NCBI RefSeq assembly: GCF_001194135.2
Contig: NC_068995.1
Location: 13,561,937-13,625,936, forward strand
From: Octopus bimaculoides
Taxonomy: Eukaryota
DNA: 64,000 nucleotides
Direction of reading: 5' to 3'
Part shown: positions 13,701-25,030 of the stretch, piece after piece
Numbering within the stretch: the first letter of the stretch is position 1
How the letters are laid out: each line of letters begins with the position of its first letter
Made by a program: the position numbers and the translations under genes
Notes under the pieces: model-generated
Told to the model about the DNA's origin: nothing
Seen by the model: only the letters and a program-made list of their open reading frames with translations
The model's database searches: none

Positions 13701-14605
13701 GTTTAAAATACAGACACTCCAAATTTTTTTGCCTCTATCCCACCCTTAGAGGCATCATAATTTCATTAAATATGTTTATGGGGAGAAAAATATTGAAAAA
13801 CATATCAGATTGACAAAGAAACAAGGAAGATATCAGGTGGTCATGAGATGTGTTAAAAATAACAGCTAAATCTCACTTAACTTACACACACAAATTTCTT
13901 TTTTGTATAATCATATGAATTCCCATGTGTAGAATACAAATTCACAAAAAATTTCTGAAAAAAAAAAAAATAATAAATAAAAGTTATGAGGGGTTATATG
14001 GGGTACTTAGTCCTTCAGTATTTAAACCAGCCATATCTGACCCAAACATTTTATCTGTTTTATGTTCAAACCAATCAGATATGATTTTTATTACCTACCC
14101 TACAATATCATTCTAAAGATGCAACAATCACATTACTGAGCTCTGAAAGATATGAGGTAATGCATGATTAATTCAAACCAATGTGAATAAATAAGCTTTA
14201 CACATGACAAAAGTCTGAATGCTAAAGAATTCCACCCAAAATATTAATATACTATTGGATACTTGTCTGAAAAGCCATGAGTAATAAATGATGTCCAGTT
14301 TTATAGTTTTATTCATTGAGAGTTTTCTGATATTTTCATGGTTTTGTTTTTCTCTTTTTCTTCAGAATTTCGTCGTCGTTTTTACAAGTATAATTGCATG
14401 GTTAATTCCTGATGTTTCAAGTAAAACGAAAGAACTTATTCGCCAGGAAGCTTACATAACCCAGAAGATTATCATGAACGAAGAGCTAAAACGTGCACGA
14501 GAAGAAGCACTATCAGTAGAAAATTACAAACCAGATCGGCCGCCATCTGAAGGAGTCAGTAGGCGTAAACCAAATTTTTTCTCAACTCCAGACGAAACTG
14601 CCTAA
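1873..14605 (+). CDS. ANO1-like: Anoctamin/TMEM16 (ANO1/ANO2-like), 3' part; join(1873-1973,4610-4743,6450-6602,9971-10023,11344-11525,13320-13425,14366-14605)
   Basis: Seven GT-AG-bounded exons splice in frame (phases 0/2/1/1/0/2/0). They give [38 protein letters not shown]...[45 protein letters not shown]...GIWYSVL...YRDYRNPPW...[13 protein letters not shown]...TPDETA*, which matches anoctamin TM6-TM10. Confidence 0.96.
2933..3355 (-). mobile_element. Probable solo LTR
   Basis: TGT...ACA termini, GC-rich relative to flanks, TATTTAAG and AATAAA on the minus strand. No clean TSD. Confidence 0.5.
4610..4743 (+). CDS. ANO1-like: Anoctamin exon (TM6-TM7 loop, start of TM7)
   Basis: ccag|G AAA TTA TGG...GAA ATG A|gtgagt; [44 protein letters not shown]. 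Confidence 0.95.
4811..5128 (+). mobile_element. SINE family A (runs into gap)
   Basis: Head, (TA/TG)n spacer and right half match the other copies. Confidence 0.88.
6450..6602 (+). CDS. ANO1-like: Anoctamin exon (TM7-TM8)
   Basis: ttcag|TTCTTCAATTT...AATATTG|gtgagt; [50 protein letters not shown]. Confidence 0.97.
6826..7021 (+). mobile_element. RTE-LINE-derived 3' end (family D) with (GAT)n tail
   Basis: Ends CATGCTAGCAGGGAAAGCGGACGTTAAACGATGATGAT. Related copies at approx. 3690-3927, 5592-5787, 21040-21225, 23895-24266, 27554-27672, 32118-32267, 35050-35392, 37900-38080(-), 39205-39420 and 53460-53572(-). Confidence 0.85.
7449..7815 (-). mobile_element. SINE family A, diverged copy
   Basis: Tail CTTTTACTTGTTTCAGTCA...; head CCAAGGTGCC...GGGACTGAACC. 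Confidence 0.8.
7855..9880 (+). mobile_element. Head-to-tail array of four SINE family C1 copies (7855, 8084, 9356, 9636), interrupted by a solo LTR
   Basis: Each copy has a GAGCTGGCAGAA...GAGTTCAAATTC head, a GACTTTGCCTTTCATCCTT...AAGTACCAG core and an (ATT)n/(ATC)n tail directly abutting the next head. Confidence 0.9.
8300..9347. mobile_element. Solo LTR (Ty3/Gypsy-like), contains an N gap
   Basis: GGAT|TGTA...TACA|GGAT: TG..CA termini with a 4-bp TSD; CCAAT, two CACGTG and AATAAA motifs inside. Confidence 0.85.
9971..10023 (+). CDS. ANO1-like: Anoctamin small exon (TM9 start)
   Basis: tatag|GGATATGG...TCAAAT|gtaagt; [18 protein letters not shown]. Confidence 0.93.
10092..10267. repeat. 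Tandem duplication, 2 x 88 bp
   Basis: AATAGGTTGAAGAGGATGTGATT...TTTATGTTATG repeated with few mismatches. Confidence 0.95.
11344..11525 (+). CDS. ANO1-like: Anoctamin exon (TM9 and extracellular loop)
   Basis: tccag|GCATTCATC...TGTCG|gtaagt; [42 protein letters not shown]...EICR. Confidence 0.96.
11745..12180 (-). mobile_element. SINE family A, full-length diverged copy
   Basis: Tail, (CA)/(TA) spacer and head all present. Confidence 0.85.
12465..12975 (-). mobile_element. 5'-truncated RTE-clade LINE (ORF2 C-terminus plus family D 3' UTR)
   Basis: Minus strand reads [20 protein letters not shown]...[13 protein letters not shown] (RTE GRGRPRKTW-like motif), contiguous with a family D tail. 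Confidence 0.8.
13320..13425 (+). CDS. ANO1-like: Anoctamin exon (loop and TM10)
   Basis: cacag|CTACCGG...TTCGAG|gtttgt; [35 protein letters not shown]. Confidence 0.96.
13519..14000. repeat. Degenerate inverted repeat (old MITE) in the last anoctamin intron
   Basis: TTTCAGAAAATTTTTTACGGATTTGTGTTGTACACATGGGAATTCATAGAATTATTCAA (about 13557-13614) pairs with about 13903-13960. Confidence 0.75.
14007..14229 (-). mobile_element. TTAA/piggyBac-type MITE family P1, diverged
   Basis: Homologous to the copies at 20799, 47691 and 55607. Confidence 0.75.
14366..14605 (+). CDS. ANO1-like: Anoctamin terminal coding exon
   Basis: ttcag|AATTTCGTC...GCCTAA; [42 protein letters not shown]...PDETA*. Confidence 0.95.
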   Translation, partial: NFVVVFTSIIAWLIPDVSSKTKELIRQEAYITQKIIMNEELKRAREEALSVENYKPDRPPSEGVSRRKPNFFSTPDETA

Positions 14606-15910
14606 TTAATAATTATATTATTGCAAGGCATAAATGGTTGTACAACATATTGAAATGTTTTTATAATATCTGTAACTTATTGTTTGTTCATTTTTTTATT
14701 ATTTTATTGTGCAATTTATTTTGTGTTTTTGTTTAACATTTTCTTTATTTTATCACCCCTTGTTTTACCTTTTTTTTTTTTTTTTACAAGACGATCTTTG
14801 CTCATAATAATGTTCAGATTTTGTATCATCTGAAACTTTAGCAAAAAGTTGTTTTTTTTTTCTCTCTTATTTAATCATGATTTTTTAATTAAAAAAAAAA
14901 CCTTTTTCAGTGAGAATTGTCAAATGTAAAATATATTTTGGACATTTTTTTATTATCATTTTTATATTCTCATTTATTTTTATTCAGTATAAAAAAAAAA
15001 TGAAAGAAACTAAAGATTGAATCTCATGTTGAAACAAACAAAATTATTGTTTTGATCCAAAACAATTGTTTCTACTTAAATTTTGCAATGCATTCTCTTC
15101 AAATTGGTTTTAAATATTCTTACCTTGTTTCAAACAAAAATCCTGGTTTTGTAAACATAAGAACATGTTTCCCTTTCTTTTTTGTTTATAGCAATATTAT
15201 GTAAACATAAAAATGGGTTTCTTATAGCAATATTATGTAAACATAAAAATATATCATTCTTTTTTTTTTTAGAAAGAAGATATCAGCATTCTTAACTAGT
15301 AAAAAAAATTAATTCATTATAAAAGACAGAATTGGTCAAGTGTCTGACCTGCCATTCTCCTAAGGTTCATACAATAAGTACTAGTCAAAGTTCTTGGGTC
15401 AAACTAATAGCCTATACCTTTCCAAATTTATAGCAATGTGCCAATTCTAGTTGAAGAAAAATTTTCATTATTATTATTTTAATTAATCAAGATTTGAAAA
15501 TTATACCAAAAGTTTCCTTTCTAGGAACAAGAATTATGTACACCTTGGAGAGCATTCATACAAGTGTTCAAAGTTAATAAGGATGTTCAGAATTATTTTG
15601 TCTTTTCATATCATCTTCAATGCTGTGGGCCCTTGTGGCCAATTAAAGAAATCTTTATTATTCTGTGATGAGCTGGAGAATCATTAGCACACTGGACAAA
15701 ATGCTTAACGGCATTTCTTCTGGCTTTACATTCTGAGTTCAAATGCTACCGAGGTAGACTTTGCCTTTCATCCTTTCATGGTTGATAAAATAAAATACCA
15801 GTTGAGTACTGGGTCAATGTAATTGACTTACTCCCGCCCCTAAAATTGCTGGCCTTGTGTCAACATTTGAAAGCATTATTATTATTATTATTATCATCAT
15901 TATTATTATT

Positions 15911-16606
15911 CAGTAGTTTTATTTTTATAACGTGCTTTCACTTCACTACCGAGCGCAGCTCTGTGCGCCTTGGGTATGTGCTGTGGTTTGCTGTGGTGCT
16001 CTTATGTTTACTGTATTGAAAGTGTTTTGCGTAGAATGTGTGCAGTACCCAGTAGTGCAATTTTCTGTATGTTATATATATTTGTAAGTCCTGCTATTTT
16101 TGTTATGTATTTGTCTGAATATTTTTTTATTATACCTAAGGCACCTACTATGATAGGAATTGTTTCTGTTTTTAGATTCCACATTCGAGTTATCTCTATT
16201 TCCAGGNNNNNNNNNNNNNNNNNNNNNNNNNNNNNNNNNNNNNNNNNNNNNNNNNNNNNNNNNNNNNNNNNNNNNNNNNNNNNNNNNNGTATTTTGAAAG
16301 TTTTTCCATTTCTTTTAGAGAAACGTTGTCATCTGCTGGTATTGATACATCAATTAGAAAGCATTTTTTTTCTTCATGATCTTTGACAACTATATCTGGT
16401 CTATTTGCCTTAATTTCTCTATCTGTGTGTATTGGCATATCCCAGAGTATGGTTGCTTTCTCGTTTTCTGTGACCTTTTCTGGCGTGTGTTTATACCATC
16501 TTTTTTCTGTTGTTATTCCATAATGTTGGCATAGCTTCCAGTGTATATAGGTCCCAGCTCTGTTGTGTCTGTGAATATATTCCTTCTTAGCCAGGACTGG
16601 GCAGCC
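15911..16606 (-). mobile_element. R4/Dong-clade non-LTR retrotransposon, 5'-truncated (RLE endonuclease domain and 3' UTR)
   Basis: Stop-free reading GCPVLAKKEYIHRHN...ATILWDMPIHTDREIKANRPDIVVKD...FLIDVSIP...EKLSKY-gap-LEIEITRMWNLKTETIPIIVGALG...GTAHILRKTLSIQ* (stop 16010-16008). (ATT)n tracts on both sides. Confidence 0.92.
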
Positions 16607-16624
16607 TATTATTATTATTATTAT

Positions 16625-17180
16625 TGTGAATTGGCAGAATTGTTAGAGCAGCGAACAAAATGCCTTACAATACTTTGGTTGTTTTTTTGTTTTATGTTCT
16701 GAGTTCAAACCCTTCAGAGGTCAAGTTTACCTTTCATTCGTTCAGGATTGATGAAATCTAATACCAGTCAAGTATAGGGTTGATGGCATTGACCAATCTT
16801 CTCCCATCAAAATTACTGGCCTTTTGCCTAATTAAAAACAAAATACTGTCGTTATCATCAAGGTAATGAGCTGGCAGAATCATTAACGTACAAGTAAAAC
16901 ATCTTGATGTTCTGAGTTCCAATTCTGCCGAGGTCGGCTTTGCCTTTTAGTCTATTATTCGATAAGGTGTTGAGCTGGCAGAATAGCTACCGTGCTGGGT
17001 GAAATGCTTAACAGCAATTCATCCATCTTTACATTCTGAGTTCAAATTCCACCTGGGTCAACTTTGCCGGTCAATAAAATAAATACCAGTTAAGTACTGG
17101 AGTTGATGGAGTCAACTTACCCCTTCCTCCAAAATTACTGGCCTTGTGCCAAAATTTGAAATCATCATTATTATTATTGC
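16625..17180 (+). mobile_element. Tandem SINE C1 copies (three, one truncated)
   Basis: Heads at about 16625, 16860 and 16963; (ATT)n-type junctions. Confidence 0.8.
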
Positions 17181-18314
17181 AATATTTTTCAATATTTACA
17201 TTATATATATTTGTATAAAGCATTTTTCTTTATGTTTTCTGTTTTTGTCAGAAAATTGAATCTTGTTGCTTTTTTCATATTTTGTAACAGCAAAATTAGT
17301 TTTTTTCTAAAAGAAAACTAAATTTAATCAGTACTTCAGTATGATTACAGCCCACTGGCGACAACCAGTAAAAGATTATTAGAGCATTTATTAATTCATT
17401 TTTAATCTCTATTTTTTACCTTTTGTTTTTACTATATTAATGACTTTTAATTTATGATATACTTCCAGTGGCTGGGAGCTTAAGAGCATCTAGCTACTGG
17501 CAATGTGGTCATTAGCTCAATTTGTGTTAGACACTACTGAACAAGGCAGATAACTCTACATGTCTGAGTCTGTTTGGCCGATAAACAGCTTCCACTCCTG
17601 ACTTTTATTTGAGTGGTTTACAATTTAAGGAAACTTATAACTGCAAGAAATACTCTAACAATATGCAAATGTTTAAATTTGCAAATTTCATGCAAGCACT
17701 GGGAAATGATTAATGAGATTGTAAAGATATACTTATGTGCTATACATGTGTCTGTGTTTATGTACACCTGTATGCTTGCATATATGTGTATATCTATTTG
17801 TATGCATAAATATATATAGAATTATATATACATGTTCTTCCATATCCACAAATGTGTGTGTGTGTGTGTGTGTGTCTATAAGATAATGTAGTAATACATG
17901 TTTCAGATCATTGTACAGCAGATAAAAAGAAAATCATCTCTTATACACGATCTTCTTCAGTTAAGACATTTCAGTGTGTGTGTGTGTGTGTATACATGGT
18001 AGCTATTCTGCCAGCTCAACACCTTATACAATAATCTTTAAAATGATATGGTGATATGATCAGAGGAAAGTTTGACTGTTGTTTCTAGCAGACTGTGTGA
18101 CCACATAACAGCTTCCTCATTGGATCATTTTATGTGTCTCTTAAGAGAGTGGATTATGATTTCATGTAAATTGGTGTCATGTGTAATTATAACTCAATAA
18201 TATAAGCATTGAAAAGACTATAAAATAAAGTGTTCTGTTCACTAGCATGTATGAGGGACATAACTGTCTGTGCATACATATATCTGTTTATGCATGGTGT
18301 GCACACACAACACA

Positions 18315-19206
18315 GATCTTTTCCCTTTCAACGGCAGATCGAGAAATTAATTTTTTGTAACTAAACATTTTCAAACTTCGGACACTGCTAGAATGTGTCA
18401 TATAAAACATCTTTTACTCTTAGTGTTGTTGAGAAAAGTTTCTATTTTCAAAGTTATTTTGTGTTGTCATATTTCAGTAATTTCAATAAAATTACTGCTG
18501 TTGTTTGTCAACAACAACTATCGGCAGCGTATATTTCATTTGTCACTGTTATTTATGACATCGTTTGTGCGTTTAGCTTTAGGGTTAGGGTTTTAGAGTT
18601 CGAGTTAGGGTTAGAGTTATGGGAAAAAGTGAAAAAATGAAGAAATTGGAGGGGGAGGGGGGGAATTTCAAGATTCTGATTTTTGGCAATTTTCTGGAAT
18701 CTCCGTATCTGGAAAGCTGGGTTTTTGACAAAAAAAAATTTTTTAAAGCAATAATTTGCGAGAAAATGGTGGGAGGGAGGAGGAAGTCTCTCCAAAAATG
18801 ATAGCTGATAAGCAGGAAAAAAAAACCTAAAAGCAGTAGAAATGCACGAACAATTTTGGTGGTGCCATGAGGTAAATATGCTTCAGATACACTCGTTTAT
18901 TCATACTAACATAACTGAGATGAAATATGTCATAAATAACAGTGACAAACAAAATATCCACCGCTGGAAGTTGTTGTTGACAAACAGCAGCAGTAATTTT
19001 ATTCAGCTGAATACATGTCATTGATTGGTTGAAATTACTGAAATACAACCACTTTAACACAAAATAACTTTGAAAATAGAAACTTTTCTCAACAACACTT
19101 AGAGTAAAAGATGTTTTATATGACATTTCTACCAGTGTCCGAAGTTTGAAAGTGCTTAGTTACAAAAAATTAATTTCTTGATCTGCCATTGAAAGGGAAA
19201 AGATCC
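18315..19206. mobile_element. Foldback/Mutator-like non-autonomous element
   Basis: Long TIRs at 18315-18561 and 18927-19205 (GATCTTTTCCCTTTCAA...TTGAAAGGGAAAAGATC); 9-bp TSD CACAACACA at 18306-18314 and 19207-19215. Confidence 0.85.
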
Positions 19207-19440
19207 CACAACACATACACACACGTAGAGGCATGTGTGTAGTTGTGTGATTAAGAAATTTGCTTCACAAGCATGAGGTCCCAGGTTTGATCCCACTGGA
19301 TGGCATTTTGGACAAGTTTCTTTTCCAGTGGCCTCAATTTGACCCAATCCTTTTGAGGTAAAATTGGATAGATGAAAACTGTGGAACCTTATAGCTTTGA
19401 AACCATGATGATCAAACAGTATTTCATGACAACTAAAATG

Positions 19441-19900
19441 GTGAAATAAATCTTAGGGCTTAGAAGGATTTTTTAAATGTGAATTTAACCTAGAAGTTAT
19501 TTAGAAGAGTTTAAATAAGTCTTACACCATACAGGATTTTTTAAAATGTTTAATAAATCTTCTAATTTAGGTTTTTTTAAATGTAATGTAATTTTAGGTG
19601 CTTAAGGACCTAAAGTGGTTTTAGAAATGAGAAATAGATCTTTGGGTTCCCTTTTTTTTATGTGAAATAAGACTGGGAGCTTAAAGGGTTTTTAGAACTG
19701 TTAAATAAATCTCAAGGTCTAGAGAGGTTTTAGAAAGGGGGATTAAGTATTAAAGCCTGAGGAATTTGTTTTTATTTTAAATGTGAGACGAATATAGATA
19801 TTGGGGCTTAGGGGGTTTTTAGAAATTTAGATTAAATGTTAGTACTTAGAGGGTATTTAGAAGTGATAAATAAGTATTCATGTCTTCAGGGTTTTTTAGA
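19441..19900. repeat. Highly degenerate minisatellite, period about 40 bp
   Basis: Recurring AAATAAATCTTAGGGCTTAGAGGGGTTTTTAGAAATGTG-like unit; period estimated by eye. Confidence 0.7.
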
Positions 19901-20160
19901 TATTTCTCTGAAGATTCAGTATTATACTTATTTTGATTGAATTATTGATCTGATTAAAGACTGAAATATTAAAAATACTATTCTGTTGTACATGTGACCA
20001 AACTTGTGAATTTATGTGATGCATGTGCATATAGCAATACACATGTTTTTGTCTGTTGCTTTTATGGTTGACATTTTTATTAACTGTTTATAAATTAATC
20101 AAAAAACAAACATTAACAATGTTGAAAAAAATATGAACTTTTATATATATCTATATATGC

Positions 20161-20229
<69 letters not shown>

Positions 20230-20798
20230 TGTGTGTATATGTATACCCACACATATATGTACGCATATATATCAAAGGACATCTGTCTTCTTTTTTTTAA
20301 TGTAAAGGGTGAGATGTGACAAAACAAATGAAATATTTTTTTTTTATCATTATTATTTTTAAATGTATTTTCAGTTGAGTTTTTTGTTTAACCTTTTATA
20401 TAAGAAACTATGATGAAAAAAAAAAGACAATTCATGATCATACAAGAAATTATGTAAATTTATTAATCTTGATAACAATATTAAAATGGTCTATAAAGAT
20501 ATTTAAATTCTATATATTACTGATAGCTTATTGCTTTCTTTTTTGTTTTTCTTATTTATATTTTTGCTGTTGTTATTTTTCCTGTAAATATGTTAATGCT
20601 TATTTTATGTATATATGTCTTATTCTATGACAAATCAGAGGAGTTGTTAGAGTATCCGACTGACATTTGTTCTGGCACTTGCTACTCTGAGTTCAATTTC
20701 TGCTGAGGTCAGTATTGCCTTTCATCCTTCCAGAATTGATTTAAAAAAAAAAAAAAAGTACCAATCCAGAGCAGTGAATTAGTAGAGCTGTATGAACA

Positions 20799-21045
20799 TT
20801 AATCCTTCAGCATTAGATTACCCTGTCAAATGTAATACTTATTCATTCACGTTGTTTGGAATTAATTATGCATTATCAGGTAGCTTCACGATTTCAATGG
20901 TGCGATTGTTTATTTTTAGAATGACACTTTTGGATATGTGTGAGAGGCCGGATCTGACCAGTTTGAAAATACAAGAGGTAGAATACTCGAGCTTGATATG
21001 GTCAGTTTGAGTATACAGCAGGTAGAATATTTAGGCCTGATGTGC
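20799..21045 (+). mobile_element. TTAA/piggyBac-type MITE family P1
   Basis: TTAATCCTTCAGCATT start; body matches the 47691 copy. Confidence 0.75.
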
Positions 21046-22221
21046 CAATGCCACATTAAAAGCACTGGGCACACACTGTAAAGTAGTTGGCATTAGGAAA
21101 GGCATCCAGCCCAAATCAGACTGAAACTTGATGCAGCTCTCCGGCTTGCCAGCTCTGGTCAAACTGTCCAACCCATGCCAGCATGGTAAACAGATGTTAA
21201 AGGATGATCATGATGATGATGATGGCCTTTGGTTTGAATACTAAAGGGTTAAATTGGATGCCTTGCAGTATTTGTTCTGGCTCTTTGTAGTCTGACTTCA
21301 GTTCCTGTTGTATCCTGAATTGTGGTTGATTTAATTCATAGCCCAGTTTAACTCCATCTCCTTAGGCACCTTTAGCAGAGTTCACTCCATTGCAATCATT
21401 GAGACCAGGTCTTCAGTTTGAGGATACCTTCCATCCTCTCTCTCCATCTCACTAGTTTTGGAGTCCTCGTGAAGGGTTAAGGTACTGCCTTCTCTCCTGA
21501 TTGGAGTGGTTGTGTGGTAAGAAGTTCGTTTCCCAACCACATGCTTCAGGGAGGGTTCAGTCCTACTGAATGGCAACTTGTGCAAGTGTCTTCCACTATA
21601 GCCTCAGGCCAACTAAAGCCTTCTAAGTGAATTTGGTAGATAAAAACTGAAAGAAGTCCATCATGTGTCTGTGTTTGTCTCCCACCACTGCTTGACAACT
21701 AGTGTTGCTGTGTTTTTACATCTATGTAACTTAGCAATTCAGGAAAAGGGACTGATAAATAAGTATCAGGCTTTGAAAAAATAAGTACTGTGGTCAATTC
21801 ATTCAACTAAAATTCTTCAAATCAGCACCCCAACATGGCCACAGTAACAAGTAAAAAATAAAAAAATAAAAGCTTCTTTAAAAAATAATTTCTTTTTATT
21901 TAACCACTTGCATGTTAATTTCACGAGCAGGCTGTTCCGTTGATCGGATCAACTGGAACCCTCGACGTTGTAAGCGACGGAGTGCCAACAAAAAAAAAAA
22001 CAATCCATCAGGATGTGTAATTTAGCTTTTCTTAAAAATTATTTCCATTTTTTTTTTTAAGAAAAAGAAAAAATGTACATAATTTAATACAATTATATAA
22101 AAATTGAAACATTTTTTAAATAATGTTAAAAGTTTGAAAAAAATGTAATTGTATTAACAATAATTCATCTTGGAAATTTAGCCTGCATACATACTTGTCT
22201 GTAAAATTTATTGTTAGCAGT

Positions 22222-22259
<38 letters not shown>

Positions 22260-22578
22260 TCTACATTCTTTTGAATTTGCTCTTATACATATAACACCTT
22301 GTATAGATATGTAGTTACATCTACTTATATTCTGAAATTCCAATCCCATTGAGTGTTGACTTTGCTTGTTATCTTTTCAGTGTTTGTTGAAGTACCTGTA
22401 ATACCCCCAGGGTGTCTGATGTAACAGCTATATTTTCCTCCTCGCCTAATCTTGAGTTTTTGTGTCTAAGTTGGAAATCATTTAAAATATGATTATTTGG
22501 AAAAATCAATATGAATATTCAACAGCCTGTATATATGTATGTATAGATATGTGTGAGTGTGTGTACATATCTTTATTG

Positions 22579-22609
<31 letters not shown>

Positions 22610-22836
22610 TGTTGTTGTTGTTTAGCCCCAGGTAAACTGTTACTAAACAGGCCCATAATCAAAGGTATTTTAGCCTTGATCACTCCATATTTGTAAGATA
22701 CCTATGGCTACATTACCCAATATATTCTCTCTTTATTTAGGATGGAATGGTGTGCTTTTTTTCTAGAAGGTTGTGTGACTTAATAATGACTCCTTCGTTG
22801 GATCATGTGTGTGTATCTTATTAAAAAACAGTTGTA

Positions 22837-23542
22837 CAGTAAATCCTTGAGTATAATCCGCATTTATTTCCCAAAATTTAAAGGTCAAAATCCCTAGTGC
22901 GTACTATATACAAGGTTAAAAATGAAAAATATTTTCTAAGTAATGTCCGAGTCTCTATTTGCTGTCCGGCAATGTTTATTCAGATGCATTTTGTGATGTC
23001 GGGCTTGTAACTGATAGTGATAGATATGTAAAGTCAATTTACTTAATATTTATTTTTCACTGATGTTATTACTGTTATTTCTTTATTTTCTGCAAACAAA
23101 GTGCACAAATGTATATATGTATGTATGTGTGTGTATATGTTTGTGTGTCTGTGTTTGTCCCCCAACATCGCTTGACAACCGATGTTGGTGTGTTTACATC
23201 CCCATAACTTAGCGGTTCGGCAAAAGAGACCGATAGAATAAGTACTAGGCTTACAAAGAATAAGTCCTGGGGTCAATTTGCTCGACTAAAGGCGGTGCTC
23301 CAGCATGGCCGCAGTCAAATGACTGAAACAAGTAAAAGAGTAAAAAAGCTACACGTTTGCATTATGTTATATATACAATAATAATAAAGGACATTACTGT
23401 GTATATGTTTACAAGCCAAGGACGTTATATAGACCTCCTTGACTCAAGTTAGAAAAGGAGTGTGTATTATAAACAAGGTTTAGGTTTTTCAGAGGTACAG
23501 CCCCTTAAAAATCTCCTGCGTATTATACTCGAGGATTTACGG
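22837..23542. mobile_element. Tc2/pogo-like non-autonomous DNA transposon carrying a 5'-truncated SINE A (about 23105-23345)
   Basis: TA|CAGTAAATCCTTGAGTATAATCCGCA...TGCGTATTATACTCGAGGATTTACGG|TA: 26-bp TIRs with 3 mismatches and a TA TSD. Confidence 0.88.
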
Positions 23543-24589
23543 TATTTCAGTTTATTCATTTTTTTTTTAGGGTGTTTCCTCATATTTCCATATGAAACCC
23601 TTGTTGTTCATATCCTGGTGATGGGGCTGAGATAGACTGAAGACATTAATAATAAATGAATGGGTTTAATTGTTCCAAAGGGACTTACATGGAAATATGA
23701 AAGACCCCTAATAATAATGATTAAACTGGAACATACTTATGTTTTTAATATAGATATTGAATTTTAGACATTTGAGTTTGTCTGAACTCTAATTTATTTC
23801 TATTATATGCCTTTTGACATACTGTTATATATATGTATATATAAAAAGAAAATATATATATTATATATATATAAATCAAAAACCAAATCACAATCAAAAC
23901 TGGAAATTGTAGTTGTGGCCGATGCCAGTGCCGCCTGACTGGCTCTCATGCTGGTGGCACACAATAAGCACAATTCATGCTTGGGTCATTGCCTGTGTCG
24001 CCTGACTGGCTCCCTGTGCTGGTGGCACATAAAAAGCACCATCTAAATGTGGTCGATGCCAGTGCTACCTGACTGGCTTCCGTGCCCGTGTTACGTAAAA
24101 AGTACCCACTACACTCTTGGAGTGGTTGGCGTTAGGAAGGGCGTCCAGCTGTGGAAACATTGCCAGATCAAATTGGAACCTGGTGCAGCCTCCTGGCTTG
24201 CCAGTCCCCAGTCAAACTGTCCAACCCATGCCAGCATGGAAAACAGACATTAAACGATGATGATGAATGTATATGTACACTCGTGTATATGTGTGCATCC
24301 TATATTATATATAGTGAAAGCTATTTATTGTGATCATTTTGAGATAAAGCCTTTTAGGTAACAATATCTGGCTGATAACAATAAACAGAGAGAACAACTA
24401 TATCACGAACATGTTTGGGATCTACTAATCTTGATAATGGTGACTGTATGATTACATTATCCATGATTATAAGCTGCTTCCACTCTGCTTCTTTCTTTTT
24501 CTTTTTCCTTGATGCATAATAACAAAATATTTTCTCAGTACAATTGTCTCTGTCATTTCAACTACAAATTTAAATATTGTAAATTACGG

Positions 24590-25030
24590 CTTAGTATATA
24601 TGTTTATGACTGTTTTTGACTCTCTCTGTATTTATTTGTATTTTTATCTATGTGTATATGTTTGTTTTTGACTCTGTATGTATCTGCCAGCATATGTTTG
24701 TGTTTGGCTGCTTGTGTTTGTCTATGTGTTTGACTATGTCTGTGTGTGTTTATGTTTAGGTATGTTTATGTAAGTGTATGCTATACAGTGTGTGTGTGCA
24801 TGTCTGTCTCTCTGTCTGCATGTTTGTGTGAGTAACTATTTGTGATTAGGTGTATGTGTGAGTGCGTATTTATCTATGTGTGTGTTTTTTGAGTATGTGC
24901 ATATGTGTTTCCTTCCATGTTTGACTAAGTGTTTGTACAAATGAGTTTTACTCTCTGTGTTATGTTGTGTGTGTATGTGATTTATAAGAGTGTGTGTATA
25001 TATGTTTATGTTAGTGTTTGTGTGTGTATT
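24590..25030. repeat. Degenerate (TG)-rich low-complexity tract
   Basis: About 440 bp of interrupted TGTG/TATG/TTTG. Confidence 0.85.

Noticed and set aside
14288-14365. N-terminal part of the 105-aa ORF (also 6434-6449, 11329-11343 and 13288-13319)
   Set aside because: These are intronic polypyrimidine tracts read in frame; the real exons begin after the AG acceptors.
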